Counted from the whole stretch's first letter, positions 49,301-63,084 are shown. The stretch: DNA of 63,751 nt, filler included, from Octopus bimaculoides (GCF_001194135.2; 6 parts of 4 records of this genome joined end to end with filler, not necessarily neighbours in it); one strand, 5' to 3'. The notes: a model not told the origin generated them from the sequence alone. Made by a program: numbers and translations.

Positions 49301-49434
49301 TAAGAAGAAGAAGACATGAAAACTAATACAAGTAGCTACAAAACACCAACAAAACAAAAAATTGTTTTCATTTAAGGAATCTGACAAGTACTAAAGAAGT
49401 CATAGTATCTAACAACTATGAAGAAAAAGAAGAA

Positions 49435-49513
49435 ATAAAAAGTCGACCTCGGCGGAGTTTGAACTGAGAACATAGAGACGGACGAAATGCCGACTCTGCC
49501 AGTTCGCCACCTT
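49435..49513 (-). mobile_element. SINE family A head
   Basis: agtcgacctcggcggagtttgaact...ctctgccagttcgcc. Confidence 0.85.
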
Positions 49514-49551
49514 AACGTTCACAAAATATTGTTAATATATTTAAGGCCAAC

Positions 49552-49770
49552 CAAGGCGGCAAACTGGCAGAATCTTTAGCACGTCGGATAAAATTCTTTG
49601 CGGCATTTCGTCCGTCTTCACATTCTGAGTTCAAATTCCGCTGAGGTCGACTTTGTTTTTCATCCTTTCGGGGGTCGATAAAAATAAGTACCAGTCGAGC
49701 ACTGGTGTCAATGTAATCGACTCATTCCTTACCCCAAACACGCTGACCTTGTGCCGAAATTGGAAACCTA
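49552..49770 (+). mobile_element. SINE family A
   Basis: aaggcggcaaactggcagaa...gagttcaaattccgctgaggtcgac. Confidence 0.9.
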
Positions 49771-50296
49771 TATATATTTAAGGGATGTAATATAGTTTAT
49801 TCAAAGTGATTGGTTGGCTGGTTGGCTGGCTGTAAAAAATGACTCACCGAGCAATGACATTTCATGATCAGTGTTTACATGCCAGGTTAGTTCAGTGAAT
49901 ATATCTAAATAGATAGGCCTCGGNNNNNNNNNNNNNNNNNNNNNNNNNNNNNNNNNNNNNNNNNNNNNNNNNNNNNNNNNNNNNNNNNNNNNNNNNNNNN
50001 NNNNNNNNNNNNNNNNNNNNNNNNNNNNNNNNNNNNNNNNNNNNNNNNNNNNNNNNNNNNNNNNNNNNNNNNNNNNNNNNNNNNNNNNNNNNNNNNNNNN
50101 NNNNNNNNNNNNNNNNNNNNNNNNNNNNNNNNNNNNNNNNNNNNNNNNNNNNNNNNNNNNNNNNNNNNNNNNNNNNNNNNNNNNNNNNNNNNNNNNNNNN
50201 NNNNNNNNNNNNNNNNNNNNNNNNNNNNNNNNNNNNNNNNNNNNCACACACACACACACACACACACACATACATACATACATACATACATACATA

Positions 50297-50468
50297 CATG
50301 TTGTTGTTGTTGGCACTCCGTCGCTTACGACGTTGAGGGTTCCAGTTGATCCGATCAACGGAACAGCCTGCTCGTGAAATTAACGTGCAAGTGGCTGAGC
50401 ACTCCACAGACACGTGTACCCTTAACGTAGTTCTCGGATATATTCAGCGTGACACAGTGTGACAAGGC
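50297..50468 (-). mobile_element. SINE family C, 3-prime half
   Basis: Near-identical reverse complement of 10260-10428. Confidence 0.95.
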
Positions 50469-50556
50469 ATTTACGAGTAGGTTTTGAACGAATTGCGAGT
50501 TAAGGTTTCGAACCGGAAGAAGACGAATGTTGGTCGTTCTATAACCCTAAAGATTA

Positions 50557-50917
50557 GGTGTGGCTGTGTGGTAAGAAGCTTAGTTCCCCACCGCATGGAT
50601 CCAGGTTCAGTCCCACTGCGTGGCACCCTGGGCAAGTGTCTTCTACTGTAGACGACCAAAGACTTGTGAGTGGATTTGGTAGGCGGAAACTAAAAGAAGC
50701 GTGTCGTATACATATGTGTGTGTGTGTGTGTGTGTGTCTGTTTGTTTGTTCTCCACCACCGCTTGACAACCGGTGTTGGTGTGTGTATGTCCCCGTGACC
50801 TAGCGTTTCGGCAAAAGATAATGATAGAATAAGTACTGAAGTTGATTTATTCGACTAAAAATTCTTCAAGGTTTGTGCTCCAGTATGGCCGCAGTCTAAC
50901 GACTGAAGCAAGTAAAT
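50557..50917 (+). mobile_element. SINE family B
   Basis: Head, internal (TG)n and tail. Confidence 0.9.
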
Positions 50918-52003
50918 GAAAAAAAAAAAATGATCGGAATGATGGCGAAACACCAAAGAGTCCCCCAACCAGTGACCAGCAGCAACAGCCAGAACAAAAA
51001 CAACAATAACAACAACAACAATCAGACCGACAGCCACAACCATCTCAGAAACACGTATAAAGACAACAAAAAGAACGTGAAGACTAGGAGAAGCCACAAT
51101 ACTATAACAACAACCACTGCAAAACAAGAGCAAGAAGAAAAACAATAATAAAAACGACGGTAATAAGAATACCAAAACCAAACCAAGAAACATTCCTAAA
51201 AGAGAACAATCAGATGATTAAACACTCACACACACATACACGTGTATGTATGTATGTATGTATGTATGTATGTTTGTATCTGTGTGCGTATAGATACATT
51301 CAGAAAAGAGGGAGGTTATGAGGAAATAGTCCGACAGACGCCAAACGAAAAATCTTTGGTGAAACCATGACAGAAAGTCTATTGAACGACAAGGAGAAAA
51401 TTCCTTCGAGACGTGGGAATATTTTTAATCGTGGACAATAAGCTTTTGAATTGTCTTTTTTTTTAAGTGCCCCAATCAAGAGCCCAGATTACCCGTTCTT
51501 CTAAACCAAGTTGAATGACCCCTTCTTCTTTGTCTCTGTCTAACAAGTTAGCAGTGAAAGTTGATTATATAAATGAATGTGACCTCAGGTATCTGAATAG
51601 AAATATGGTAATCATAAGCTAGAGCAAGATTTCTGAGGCGTATGCACTTACGCTTGTTAAGAAAGACTACCAAGTGTACGTTTCCTTTTGTCGATCCAAA
51701 TGAAGTATAATTGTAGCCTTGTTTCCGAAAGACCTACATATCGAGTAAAGAATTAACTTCTTGGACCCGGAGAAGTAACCTGGTGCCTCTGGGTTTTCAA
51801 ACAGTAGTAAAAGAACAGTGATTCTGATTAGTACCCAACCGAAACTGAGCGGCCAGACGTTTTTAAGCATCAAGGAGCGTTCTTGAGAATACCTCATTTA
51901 TTATTGTAAATGGGTAATTGGAATATCATCTTTGACGCTCGCTTAGATTGTTTGGAAATAGCCGATAGAAGGGAGTGTATAAAAGCTTCGCAAATTTGTT
52001 GAA

Positions 52004-52103
52004 NNNNNNNNNNNNNNNNNNNNNNNNNNNNNNNNNNNNNNNNNNNNTTAATTAATTAANNNNNNNNNNNNNNNNNNNNNNNNNNNNNNNNNNNNNNNNN
52101 NNN
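52004..52103. other. artificial scaffold spacer
   Basis: 44N-TTAATTAATTAA-44N. Confidence 0.95.
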
Positions 52104-52169
<66 letters not shown>

Positions 52170-52183
<14 letters not shown>

Positions 52184-52530
52184 AAGTGAGCCAATCTTTA
52201 AATTCCCGAGCCTTAGGCATTATACCGACTAACTGATTATAAATACTCTGCCGAATAAAATGTAACAGAACATTTACACTTCGGCAGCTAAATACAATCT
52301 TGGACATAAAACAGAAACAATCTCTACTTTGAACCATAAAATCATACTTAGAAAATTCTATTTCATTTAGAGTCTCTCCTGGAATTCAGCAAAATATAAA
52401 ACATTCTTGATGGTGACCATTTCTTAAAGTTCGATTCTATCCAGGACATTAATATATCCAGTTCAGTTAGTGGCCGTACTCTACCAACATTTGTGTTTCA
52501 CTAATAATCATTTGAAGGACTTTAAAACAC
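52170..52530 (+). pseudogene. LRR relic
   Basis: INTLPNKM*QNIY..ETISTLNHKII..*SLSWN-NILDGDHFLKFDSIQDINIS..TLPTFVFH**SFEGL; ~24-aa LRR periodicity. Confidence 0.5.
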
Positions 52531-53254
52531 TTGTTTATCATACTTACATGTTCTATTGTATTCCCGCCTATTAATTATAAATATTTGAGTTTGCACTTCA
52601 TCACAAATTTTATTTTGAAATCTTTAAAATATTCGTTGATTTTGGCTATCTCCTCATATTTTAGAATTTTATTCCCCCGTAGCTTCCATTCATTTTTTTT
52701 TTTTTTTTTCAACACACAAGATTCGAAATTTATAGAAGAAAATTCATTTTCCATCATATTTTCGCTTGATTATATTTTGAAATCCCTAGAATTTCTCTGT
52801 CCAGTCGTATTTTAGAGTTTTAACTCAGAACTTGTTTAAATTTAATTTGTTATTTTCCACAAGATGAGGTTCTTCAGCGGAATAATTTTAAAGATTCCAT
52901 TATCTTTCAATTATGTGAAAGCATTTCTTCTTACTTCCTATTTTACCTTCTCTGTTATTATTAANNNNNNNNNNNNNNNNNNNNNNNNNNNNNNNNNNNN
53001 NNNNNNNNNNNNNNNNNNNNNNNNNNNNNNNNNNNNNNNNNNNNNNNNNNNNNNNNNNNNNNNNNNNNNNNNNNNNNNNNNNNNNNNNNNNNNNNNNNNN
53101 NNNNNNNNNNNNNNNNNNNNNNNNNNNNNNNNNNNNNNNNNNNNNNNNNNNNNNNNNNNNNNNNNNNNNNNNNNNNNNNNNNNNNNNNNNNNNNNNNNNN
53201 NNNNNNNNNNNNNNNNNNNNNNNNNNNNNNNNNATATATATATATATATATACA

Positions 53255-53465
53255 TACACCCTTCTTCCCGTCATTCGGCATGATAGATCGCTAACCACTA
53301 TACAATTTTTTTCTCTCCTTGTTTCTTTCTGTGTTCCTTTTTGTGGAAGAGCGTAGACCCGAAACGTTAAAGACTTTTTCAATTCCCGATCGTTATACTA
53401 ATAAATCTGTTTGTTTTCTACACCACCTGTCTTCGTCTTCTGTTTTTCTGTGAATTCTCCCTATA
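53255..53465 (+). mobile_element. pLTR-like repeat with a degenerate hammerhead-like remnant
   Basis: tgtggaagagcgtagacccGAAAcgtTAaag; same pyrimidine-rich organisation as 16620-16860. Confidence 0.4.
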
Positions 53466-54111
53466 TATATATTTATAGAGATTTATAGAGAGACAGACAT
53501 ATAGACAGATAGACAGACAGATTTTGGCGGTATATATATTGAAGTCGGCACTTAAGAATACTGAGTTCTTACAACTTAAAATTTAAGAGAAAAAGTAAAT
53601 AACAAGTAAAAGGAAACATGGAACAGGAAAGCAAAAGGAAAAGTAAAACAAAGGAAAGGGGAAATAGAAATGTAGAAAAGAAAAGGAATTTGAAAATGGT
53701 GCATAGAATTTCGTTCTCTAGTCTTATGCCAAAAGTTTATACAAATTATGAGAAAGCGTAGACACAAATAAGAAAGTGTGAAATGGTATTTCTATTGAGA
53801 TGTGTGAAAGCTAATAATAAAGAGCTAGTTTTATGATTATTCAATTAACTGCCTGAATGAAGGGTGCAAGAATTTTTATACGGAAAGTGGATGTTACGCA
53901 CACTCTCTCAAACATACAATAACACACATACAAACACATGACACACACACACGCACACACACACACACACACACACACTGACAGAAACACACACATATGT
54001 TCACACACGGACAATTAGAGAAATTTATGCATATGCATATCGTAGATACATACATGTATCTGATGCATACATATTTACTTATATAAGAATACATATTCGT
54101 GTATATATATA

Positions 54112-54112
54112 G

Positions 54113-54182
<70 letters not shown>

Positions 54183-54203
54183 GTCGGTAGATAGATAGGT
54201 AGG

Positions 54204-54286
<83 letters not shown>
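54112..54286. repeat. (AGAT)n tetranucleotide microsatellite
   Basis: Direct reading. Confidence 0.95.
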
Positions 54287-54287
<1 letters not shown>

Positions 54288-54699
54288 AATATATATATTT
54301 GCTTACATTAAATGTTATTCGCTACTAAGCAATGTAGCATCTACAATTCGATACCATTCATAACGATTTTTAACAATTCTATTAGATTTTCCTCACCTTA
54401 ATTTACTGAATGCTAAGCGTTCATGCACACATTCATCCACGTCTACAAATATGAGTAAGCGAATCCTCCTGCGCATTCACATTTTCACGCCGGCGTACGC
54501 AATCATATACAAAGCTGTAGGAGGGGTGCATTTGGTTAATAATCCGTTGTCTCTTCCTGCATTGTACAGGAAGTAAATACTTTATAAGGAGAGTCATTAA
54601 TTGGCAGGGTTATTTGCTGAATTTGTTCACAATGAGGCAATATTATAGCCGGTGGTTAAATTGTAAATGTATATAGGTCAGTCTTATTGTTTTCACCTT

Positions 54700-55270
54700 T
54701 CGTTATTAGAAATCCTCTACGCTGTAGAATAAAATATCACAAATCTCCAACCAGTATATAATTAGAAGCGACAGAACAAATTTGTTATACAAAGACGTTT
54801 TCTCTTGAGTGGACAAAGACAGTAATGATCTCATCGACGCGGTAATGGAGACATTTGATGGTGTTGAGATTTAGGAGGTTCTACGTGTTGTTTTCTAACT
54901 TTTTAATCATGTGCAGGCTCCCCGGGATCGCTTTATTTGATACTGGTAATGCTATGTTGAAACAGTTTCAGGTCAACAACTGCTGGGAACGAATTAGCTC
55001 TAAGGTTATAGAAGTTATGGGGGCCAAAGAAGGAGTCAGAATGTCTAGTATGGTGTTGAAGGGCTTATGCGTACAATGAAGGGCGGAAATGGAAACACAA
55101 GTGTTTCGGAGGATACCTAAGTGGTTATGGTATGTAATTAAATCACCGCCGTAACTATTATTCAAGCGGCCTTTCTGTAGAGGCAGTCCAAGGTATTTGT
55201 GCGTAGCAGCAGCTTTGTTCCAGATGTGGAGCAAATCCTCTATTATGACCACCATTTGTGCTTTGTAAAG
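54700..55270 (-). mobile_element. possible LINE RT relic
   Basis: Only HKYLGLPL (YKYLG-like) in ORF 54968-55255 supports this. Confidence 0.3.
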
Positions 55271-55619
55271 TATTAATAGCTGTTAGTGGTGGGAATGTTA
55301 CGTTTATGAATTTGTTTTGCAAGATTCTTGATGAAAAATTGTGTGTTGAAATATATATTGTTTATATTTCGGGATAGTAATTGTTTTTTTGTCAAATAAA
55401 CACAAACACTAAATTTTCGTTCTTCACTCGTTTATTATTGCTCTTATCTTATGTCCATTGTCTCTCTGAACAGAGAATGGACTAAACAGATCAGGAGGAG
55501 ACACGGAGAATAGAAAAGTCACTGAAGAGATCACAGATGTATGATGAAAGATATCTAGGCAATGAACATAAGGTAAAATAAGAACAATAACAAAAGAACA
55601 AAGAACGAATATATAGTGC

Positions 55620-56720
55620 GTGTGTTTATTTTGCAGGAAAAATAATGACCATCCTGAAATGTAACAAAATGGTGGGAAGATTTTTCACGAATGAAGAGAA
55701 TTAGCCAGCTTTTGTGATGCAGTCCTAGCTATTGAAATGATGTTCATGTATCAGAAAGGATAATGCTTGATAATGAGTTCCGGCATTTGTAGCTAAATTT
55801 CAGAGCTTTGGCTGAGTGTCATATGTACTGAGTGGAGGTATGTGGTGCGATGATGTTTTTTGTGATATGAGTAATAATTTCATGTTAAGGGAAGCTAAGA
55901 TGTTCCTAGATGTGTTGCTAGTAATATACTTAATAATTTAATAACTTAGGTTAACTCGATCATAATGTTTACGTAAGGAGCTTCTTTCTGAGATTTGAGA
56001 CAGTTACTACCTCCTTGTAACGAAGGTCATGGTAAAATCTAAATCGTCGAGTATTCTTAGGTGAACTGATCTGATTATTGTATTGTCTTCTTCTGCAAAT
56101 AATTTTTAATTCACACCCGTTTCTGTTGCATATAATTTCCCGTCTATTGTCACTATATAATTCTATATTAACTTCCTCTCCTACGTTATTTTGCATATTA
56201 AGAATATAGAAATCGGAAAGGTTTACATTTCCAACCACAGTAAAATTCTTGATTTACAAGTCGAAGAGCTTATCAACATCGTTTCGCAGCCAGTGGAAAT
56301 TTTCTTGGAATGGCAACGTTGTTTTGGCGTTCATAATCAAGATATTTCAATGGTTATCGAACGACGCAATGACTTTTTATATAGTTACTCGACAGCTTAC
56401 AACTAACAGTCAATATCCCTTAAACAACTCTCCATGAAAAAGTAGCTAAACACAGGAAAAGTCCGGCTAAATGAGTTAATCCTAGATTTCTCTGAAATCA
56501 GAGGATGGTTAGTTCTGAAAGCATTTTGAACATAGATCTATCTGGTGTTATTCTGCTCCTAAACAACTTCAAAAGCAACAATGATTATTTTACATTACAA
56601 GTACCATTACACGCAATATTAGTGTATCTTACTATCAAATGATCAAAAACCATTTTAACATTTTTATGAAGTTCTTTCAGATATTCTAAAATATTAAAAT
56701 GATTTCTGTGATGTCACAAA
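55620..56720 (-). pseudogene. LRR/TLR-like relic
   Basis: SRITPDRSMFKMLSELTIL*FQRNLGLTHL; GELFKG; KLSSNYIKS; FQENFHWLRND; LSDFYILNMQNN; QYNNQIS; found in several frames with stops. Confidence 0.5.
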
Positions 56721-57214
56721 TATTGTTACGATCTATACACAGTAATGCAGGGTTGACATTTGTATTATAAAGCTATGGAGGTCATTAAGTTTTTTAATGT
56801 TTTTTACTTTAATGTTGATTCAGAATTTAATATATCATTTCTATGCATTTGCTCTGGTTCCTACCGCACATTAAACGAAACACTCTGCATATTTGAAATT
56901 ATGTTCTGTTTCTTCTTTTCTCATAATATTTATTTTGTTGCACCCTTCGTTTGAACTTCCACAATCTCACTTCATTATTGGTCAGCTGTAAATATAGGTA
57001 TGTACGTGTCAATTAAAGGAATTCACAAATCTGAAATCATTTGCCTTTTGATTGTCAGTGATTATGTGAAACAAGCAGGAAAAAAAATAATAATAAATTA
57101 GATGAATTTATTTGCAACTCAAATTCAAACCGATATCTCTCCCTCACGGCCAATCCGATTCATAATACAGACACACGCACACACGCACAGATACACACAG
57201 AGATAAATAAATAG

Positions 57215-57260
<46 letters not shown>

Positions 57261-58074
57261 GCAAGAAAGACAGAAGGTTAGAGATATTTACACACATTAT
57301 ATTTAGTCTCACACATGTACCCATGTCTGTACAAGAATATATANNNNNNNNNNNNNNNNNNNNNNNNNNNNNNNNNNNNNNNNNNNNNNNNNNNNNNNNN
57401 NNNNNNNNNNNNNNNNNNNNNNNNNNNNNNNNNNNNNNNNNNNNNNNNNNNNNNNNNNNNNNNNNNNNNNNNNNNNNNNNNNNNNNNNNNNNNNNNNNNN
57501 NNNNNNNNNNNNNNNNNNNNNNNNNNNNNNNNNNNNNNNNNNNNNNNNNNNNNNNNNNNNNNNNNNNNNNNNNNNNNNNNNNNNNNNNNNNNNNNNNNNN
57601 NNNNNNNNNNNNNNATATATATATATATATATACATAATATAAACACGTATACATATATATACGTGTGTGTATATATATATACAAACAGAGACGCACACA
57701 CATATTTATACATATATTTAAATGCATAAATAAATATAAATGCGTATCTTTATGTATGAATGTATAATTTCTGTGTATGTGGGTGTATATACAAACACAT
57801 TATTTCTTATCTTTTCACGCGTTCTCTATCGGTTTCAAAAGACAAATCTAAAAAAAAAATATGCATAAATGCCGTATCATATTATTTGTTACTCCTCTTT
57901 TTCCTTTATTTGTCTAGTTTTTTAGTATGAAAATGAAAACCAATTCGATATTTCTTGGTCGCAAATATATTATTATCTAGAAAGTAAAATTTATAGAAAT
58001 AAAAATCGTTTCATTTTAACAAAAACGTTGTTAGTTTCCAAATATATATATATAACATAGTACATATATATAAC

Positions 58075-58112
<38 letters not shown>

Positions 58113-59057
58113 AGTGTGAGTGTGTGTACATAAAAAACGTTAAGTGAAAACCTTTACTTTATAAAATTCCTGTAAGGTTAAAAAAAAATACCAATCATAA
58201 ATTAATTTTACAAATCGATATATTCAGAATTGTGTAGTAGGCGTTAAGTGTGGATGCATAGAAATACTTTTTTCATATTATTTTCTTTTTCGAATCACCT
58301 CTCACGGTTCTAAAGCAACCTTGTTTTGGTCTAGTTTAATTTTTGCAGTAGTAAGGTAATCAATTATAACAATAGTTACTGTATAAGGATTTTCACATGC
58401 AATGCATTCTACTACTCTAATCCCGGGTAATCTATACCTATTTCATTTAACATATAATAATAGATATTAAATTGGTTGTCATTTAATTATTTTTCTATAT
58501 TGATAAATGTTTAGAAAGTCTGAAATACTTGTATATGCAAAATTCTTTACCATGGTAACTAGCAATGGTTTATTACAGAAATGCTATTTATTATAGCACT
58601 ATTATATTCACATACTCACACTCACATACACATACAAACACTCCCACACTCATACCCAAGATGATGTATACTTTTACTTGTTGGATCAGGTAAAGATTAA
58701 AGCATATATAAATAAAGTGAAAGCGAGAAAGATAAAGGTAGATGGTGATATAAGAATATAAAATCGCTATGAAAATAAATTGTAATAAATATAGAAATCG
58801 GCTTTATAATTTCTGACAGTGTTGCTGTGATAATGTTTTTCACTTGCATACAAATTCGGCTATATGAAACAGCATTATGAATCCCCGTATTATTATCGGT
58901 TTCAAATAGAAGGTACAAGGTCCGCGAGTTCGGTCTTGTACAAAAATTTGAAACAGCATTATGAATCACTGCATTAATATCGGTTTCAAATTTTGGTACA
59001 AGATCGGCAAGTTCCGTTTCGAACCAAAGCTTGAAACAAATATTAATAATGTAAAGT

Positions 59058-59235
59058 AAGGCACCGAGCTGGCACAATCGTTACCGTGTCGGGCAATATG
59101 TTTTAGCGGCGTTGCTTCCGACTTTACGTTCTGAGTTCAAATGCCGCCGGGATCGAAATTGCCTTTTATCCTTTCGGGGTCGATTTAGCTCCTTCCCCGA
59201 TATCGCTGGCGTTGGGCTGAAATTGGAAACCAGTA
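59058..59235 (+). mobile_element. SINE family A, diverged
   Basis: aggcaccgagctggcacaatcgtta...gagttcaaatgccgcc. Confidence 0.8.
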
Positions 59236-59239
59236 TTTT

Positions 59240-59935
59240 AATGTAAAATAATAAAAGTGTTTGGAACTTGAAATAATCTGATTGGCTCCACCATAAATTA
59301 GTACAACTAATGGATGGGATCGTAATAGAACAAGTTAGAGCCTGGTGAGAAGCATTCCTTTATTCTCAGTGATTTAAACAACGGTGTACTGTAACTTATA
59401 AAATATGAGTTAAAAGGAATAATTCTGTGAATGATCTTGGAATGTGTTCTCAGTCGGTAAAATGTTGATCTCTAGCAATTGCAACTCAAGTCTCTAAAAA
59501 ACAATGAAATAGGCATTAATTCAAGGAAAGGCATTTTCTGAAAATATATCTGTATAAATAAAAAGTGTTGCATTTACTGGTAGTGTCATAGTAGAGTTTC
59601 GTGTGCAACATATTTTACACAAATATATGAATTATGAAAAATGTTGTCGCGTCTAGATTCATGTAATTATTGTATCTCCTTCGTATCTCCTCTCTTATTG
59701 TCTTCCATCATGTATTTGTTTTAGTCATTGGACTGTAGCCATGCTGGAGAACAGTCTTAAATAATTTTAGTCGACAAAATGTCTACCCAGTAGTTACTTG
59801 TTCAATCTCATATTTATGTTTTCGGTCATTTTTACCGAACATCTAAGTTATGGAGACATAAAGAAACTAAAACTGATTATCAAGCGATGTGGAATTAGGA
59901 CAAATACGGATACAAAGACGCACGCACACACACAG

Positions 59936-60000
<65 letters not shown>

Positions 60001-60720
60001 CGACAGGCTTCCATAGAGTTTCTGACAATCAATTTCAATCGCAAGACATTGGTCAACCCGGTACGCCACCGTGAGAATGAACCTGAAACTACATGGATGC
60101 AAAACGAGATTCTTAGCTAGAGGGCCAAGCCGCCTTAAATCTCACAAAGATTAGCTCGGAGCCTGGCAACATTAGCAAGTCTTGTGACCTATATGCATCA
60201 AGAAAAATTGCTGGCGTCCTTCCATTTTTCTTTACTCTGGTACCTTATTAATAAATGTTTGGCATCGAAATACTTTAATCTAAAAATGTGTCTTAATGAA
60301 TGGATTGTGTGGACGCATTATGACAATTAAATATCTCTTATCAAACGTATTATGACACTTAAACTAGAGGGGTCTTGCTCCTTTCTGTAAGTACAAACAG
60401 ATTGCTTCTGTAGCAATTCATAATTTTGATAATACAGATGAAGAACCGCTAGCTTGTATTCAAGCTTAAAATGAAAAGATAAAATGATGAAATAGCGCAT
60501 ATATCTTTGTTATTGCTACACAGATAATTGAGGTCATATCTTACTGGACAATATAAAATGTAATTGAAAATTGCAACCTTTTGACTGACCGTATAATTAT
60601 TCCCAAGTGTTCTTAATTGAGTAGAGTGATGCAGTGTCAGACATAAGATATATGACTGCGACACTTATGCTAGATATATAAAAAAAATATGATACAAGTG
60701 AAGGGAAATAACCAGAAAGA
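59240..60720 (+). pseudogene. LRR relic ending in an LRRCT-like cap, interrupted by a SINE
   Basis: QLQLKSLKNNEIG-IQGKAFSENISV (59476-59555); AL*QLNISYQ (60315); HILLDNIKCN*KLQPFD* (60535-60588), readable as DNxxCxCxLxxFxW if the two TGA codons derive from Cys and Trp. Confidence 0.5.
59715..60110 (-). mobile_element. SINE family B, diverged
   Basis: tttagtcattggactgtagccatgctgga...; cgacaggcttcc; gaacctgaaactacatgg. Confidence 0.75.
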
Positions 60721-60751
60721 TGGATGTATCATTGATATATATATATATATA

Positions 60752-60851
60752 NNNNNNNNNNNNNNNNNNNNNNNNNNNNNNNNNNNNNNNNNNNNTTAAT
60801 TAATTAANNNNNNNNNNNNNNNNNNNNNNNNNNNNNNNNNNNNNNNNNNNN
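60752..60851. other. artificial scaffold spacer
   Basis: 44N-TTAATTAATTAA-44N. Confidence 0.95.
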
Positions 60852-61164
60852 ATTGTTTTTTGTTCTGTGTGTATCAAAAATATCGCTATCAATCTGGAGT
60901 AATAATTTGTAGTTTTGAAATCAGTAGTTCTTTGACTGCTATTTCTGAATTCTCAGTATGTTGGAGAAGCAGGTTACTGTCAATCCCTATATATTTATGA
61001 TTATAAATTATTTACCGAAGAAGGTTTTTTTCATACTGAGCTACCCGGCAGAAATTGTTAATTATTAATTTTATTACTAATTGATGATTCCCTGCCCTGC
61101 ATATCTATATATATATATATATATATATAGATGTATGTATATATGTGTACATACATAGAAACAG

Positions 61165-61830
61165 ACATTTTGCTTTCCAGCATGGCCTTATATGTGAGTA
61201 AGGGGAACTTGTTTTGGAATAAAATTCTTTTTTCTGACGAGACTAAAATAAACTTGTTTTGTTCAGATGGTATTGAACGAGTATGGCGACGACCAGGTGA
61301 AGATAATAGCGACAAATGTACCGTGCTTACCGTTAAACACGGCGGTGGAAGTGTTATTCTTTGGGTATGCATTATTCTTTTGGGGAGTCACATTTATTGA
61401 GAGAACAATAGATTGAAGGCTTTATTGTGAAATATTACCGAAAACAATGTTGAAAAGCACCAGGAAGCAAGGAAGACATTCCTTGCCCCAGCATGGTAAT
61501 GACCCTAAACATGTCTACTAAGTTTTTATCAGATAAAAAGGTCAAGTTATTACCTTGGCCTACCATAACACCTGATTTAAACCCGGTAAAACATCTGTTC
61601 GTTGTTTGGAGAAGTAGGTTGAGAAGAAAAAAATCTCGCAATGTAACAACATTGAAAGACATCATTCAGGATGAATGGAAGTCGGTTCCATCGGTTATAC
61701 GCGGAAATTTAGTCGACCCTTTGCCGAGAAGACTTAATGCGGTGACTGAATGCAAGCGCGGTCAAACCAAATATTAAACATAGCAAATAACCCTTTAGGG
61801 TGTACTTACTTTTGTATCGTTTGAAAATTA
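61165..61830 (+). mobile_element. Tc1-family transposase 3-prime half, pseudogenised
   Basis: WNKILFSDETKINLF..RVWRRPGE..TVKHGGGSVILW; NDPKH; LPWP.ITPDLNPVKHL; C-terminal GQTKY*. Confidence 0.9.
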
Positions 61831-62176
61831 ATATTTCGTTTATATCTTCGAAAATGTTTGTTTTGTGTTCCAAATTTGTATAATGCTTGCATATATAGTA
61901 TATTTTATTCAGTAGAAATTTCGTTGGATTTCCTCCGATATTATCAGAGTAATGACAATTTTTAGGACTCTACATATTTCTATGAGGTACTGTTCTTACA
62001 CACACACACACACATATCAATATATATGCACACCTGGGAGTAATTGGTGGGGTGAGTCCATGCTCCAGAGAATTCCAGGACTAGAACCTCTCCAGTGGAT
62101 GCAGTTTAATGGATAGGGAGAAATCCGCGAAGTAGAAACAAAACTGTTCCGTATATATTTTTTTATAATTTTTATA

Positions 62177-62208
<32 letters not shown>

Positions 62209-62297
62209 ATAAAGTAAAGTTGTGGAATACCGTACGAGTGGAAATATATATGAAAGAAGGTTTGAAAATGCACTTATTTTAAAAAAATATTTATTTA

Positions 62298-62397
62298 NNN
62301 NNNNNNNNNNNNNNNNNNNNNNNNNNNNNNNNNNNNNNNNNTTAATTAATTAANNNNNNNNNNNNNNNNNNNNNNNNNNNNNNNNNNNNNNNNNNNN
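62298..62397. other. artificial scaffold spacer
   Basis: 44N-TTAATTAATTAA-44N. Confidence 0.95.
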
Positions 62398-62489
62398 ATA
62401 TATAATATTAATATAATATTAATGGTAGGAGTCGAAGAATTTGCCTAACTACTTCTTTTTTAAGCTTGGTACTTGCTCTATCGGTTTCT

Positions 62490-62640
62490 ATCGTTCTGAG
62501 TTCAAATTCCGCTGAGGTCGATTTTGCCTTTCATCCTTTCGTGGTCGATAAATTAAGTACCAGTTGTGTACTGCGGTCGACCTAATCGACTGGCCCCCTC
62601 CCCAAAAATTTCGGGCCTTGTGCCTATAATAGAAAAGATT
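62490..62640 (+). mobile_element. SINE family A, headless
   Basis: cgttctgagttcaaattccgctgaggtcga...ccttgtgccta. Confidence 0.9.
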
Positions 62641-63084
62641 ATATTATCTCAAGAAGCTCTTATTGGCTCAGTCTATAATGTTTTGTTTTTTTTGCATTTC
62701 GTTTTTCCCAAAGTCGTGCAATTTGATTGGTCGACAGATATGTTGGCTGCGAACGAAGGAGGAGAATGAGTGAAGACAGAAAGATATATAAAGAAATATA
62801 AGACGAGAGACAGAAAATAGTGATCGTGTGTGTGTGAGAGAGTGAGGGAGGGAGAAAGGGTGGGTGATGGAAGAGTCTAGTGAGATACGAGGGGTGGGTA
62901 GGGTATATGTAATTATAAAAAGAGTGGTGAGGTTGTGAGGCGATAAGGAAGAGTGTGGGTGAGATGGAAAGAACGAATTAGTGATACATAAAGAAAGAGG
63001 TGGGAAGAGAATAAAGACGAGACAGGGAAGAAGGGAAGAAGGAAAGAGAAAAAGAGAAAGAGAGAGGTAAGATTTTTATATTAT

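Noticed and set aside
51500-51970. Possible pogo/Tigger DDE fragment (VLLLLFEN..., ILHLDR)
   Set aside because: Catalytic motifs are not recoverable; similarity is too weak.
53335-53375. Hammerhead call for tgtggaagagcgtagacccGAAAcgtTA
   Set aside because: Core lacks CUGA and stem II is broken in this copy; kept only as a remnant.
55969-56340. Cadherin-like reading of ORF 55969-56238
   Set aside because: No DxNDN, LDRE or DxD motifs; flanking peptides fit LRR periodicity better.
61010-61075. CCGAAGA...GAAA in AT-rich DNA
   Set aside because: No convincing stem I or stem II pairing.
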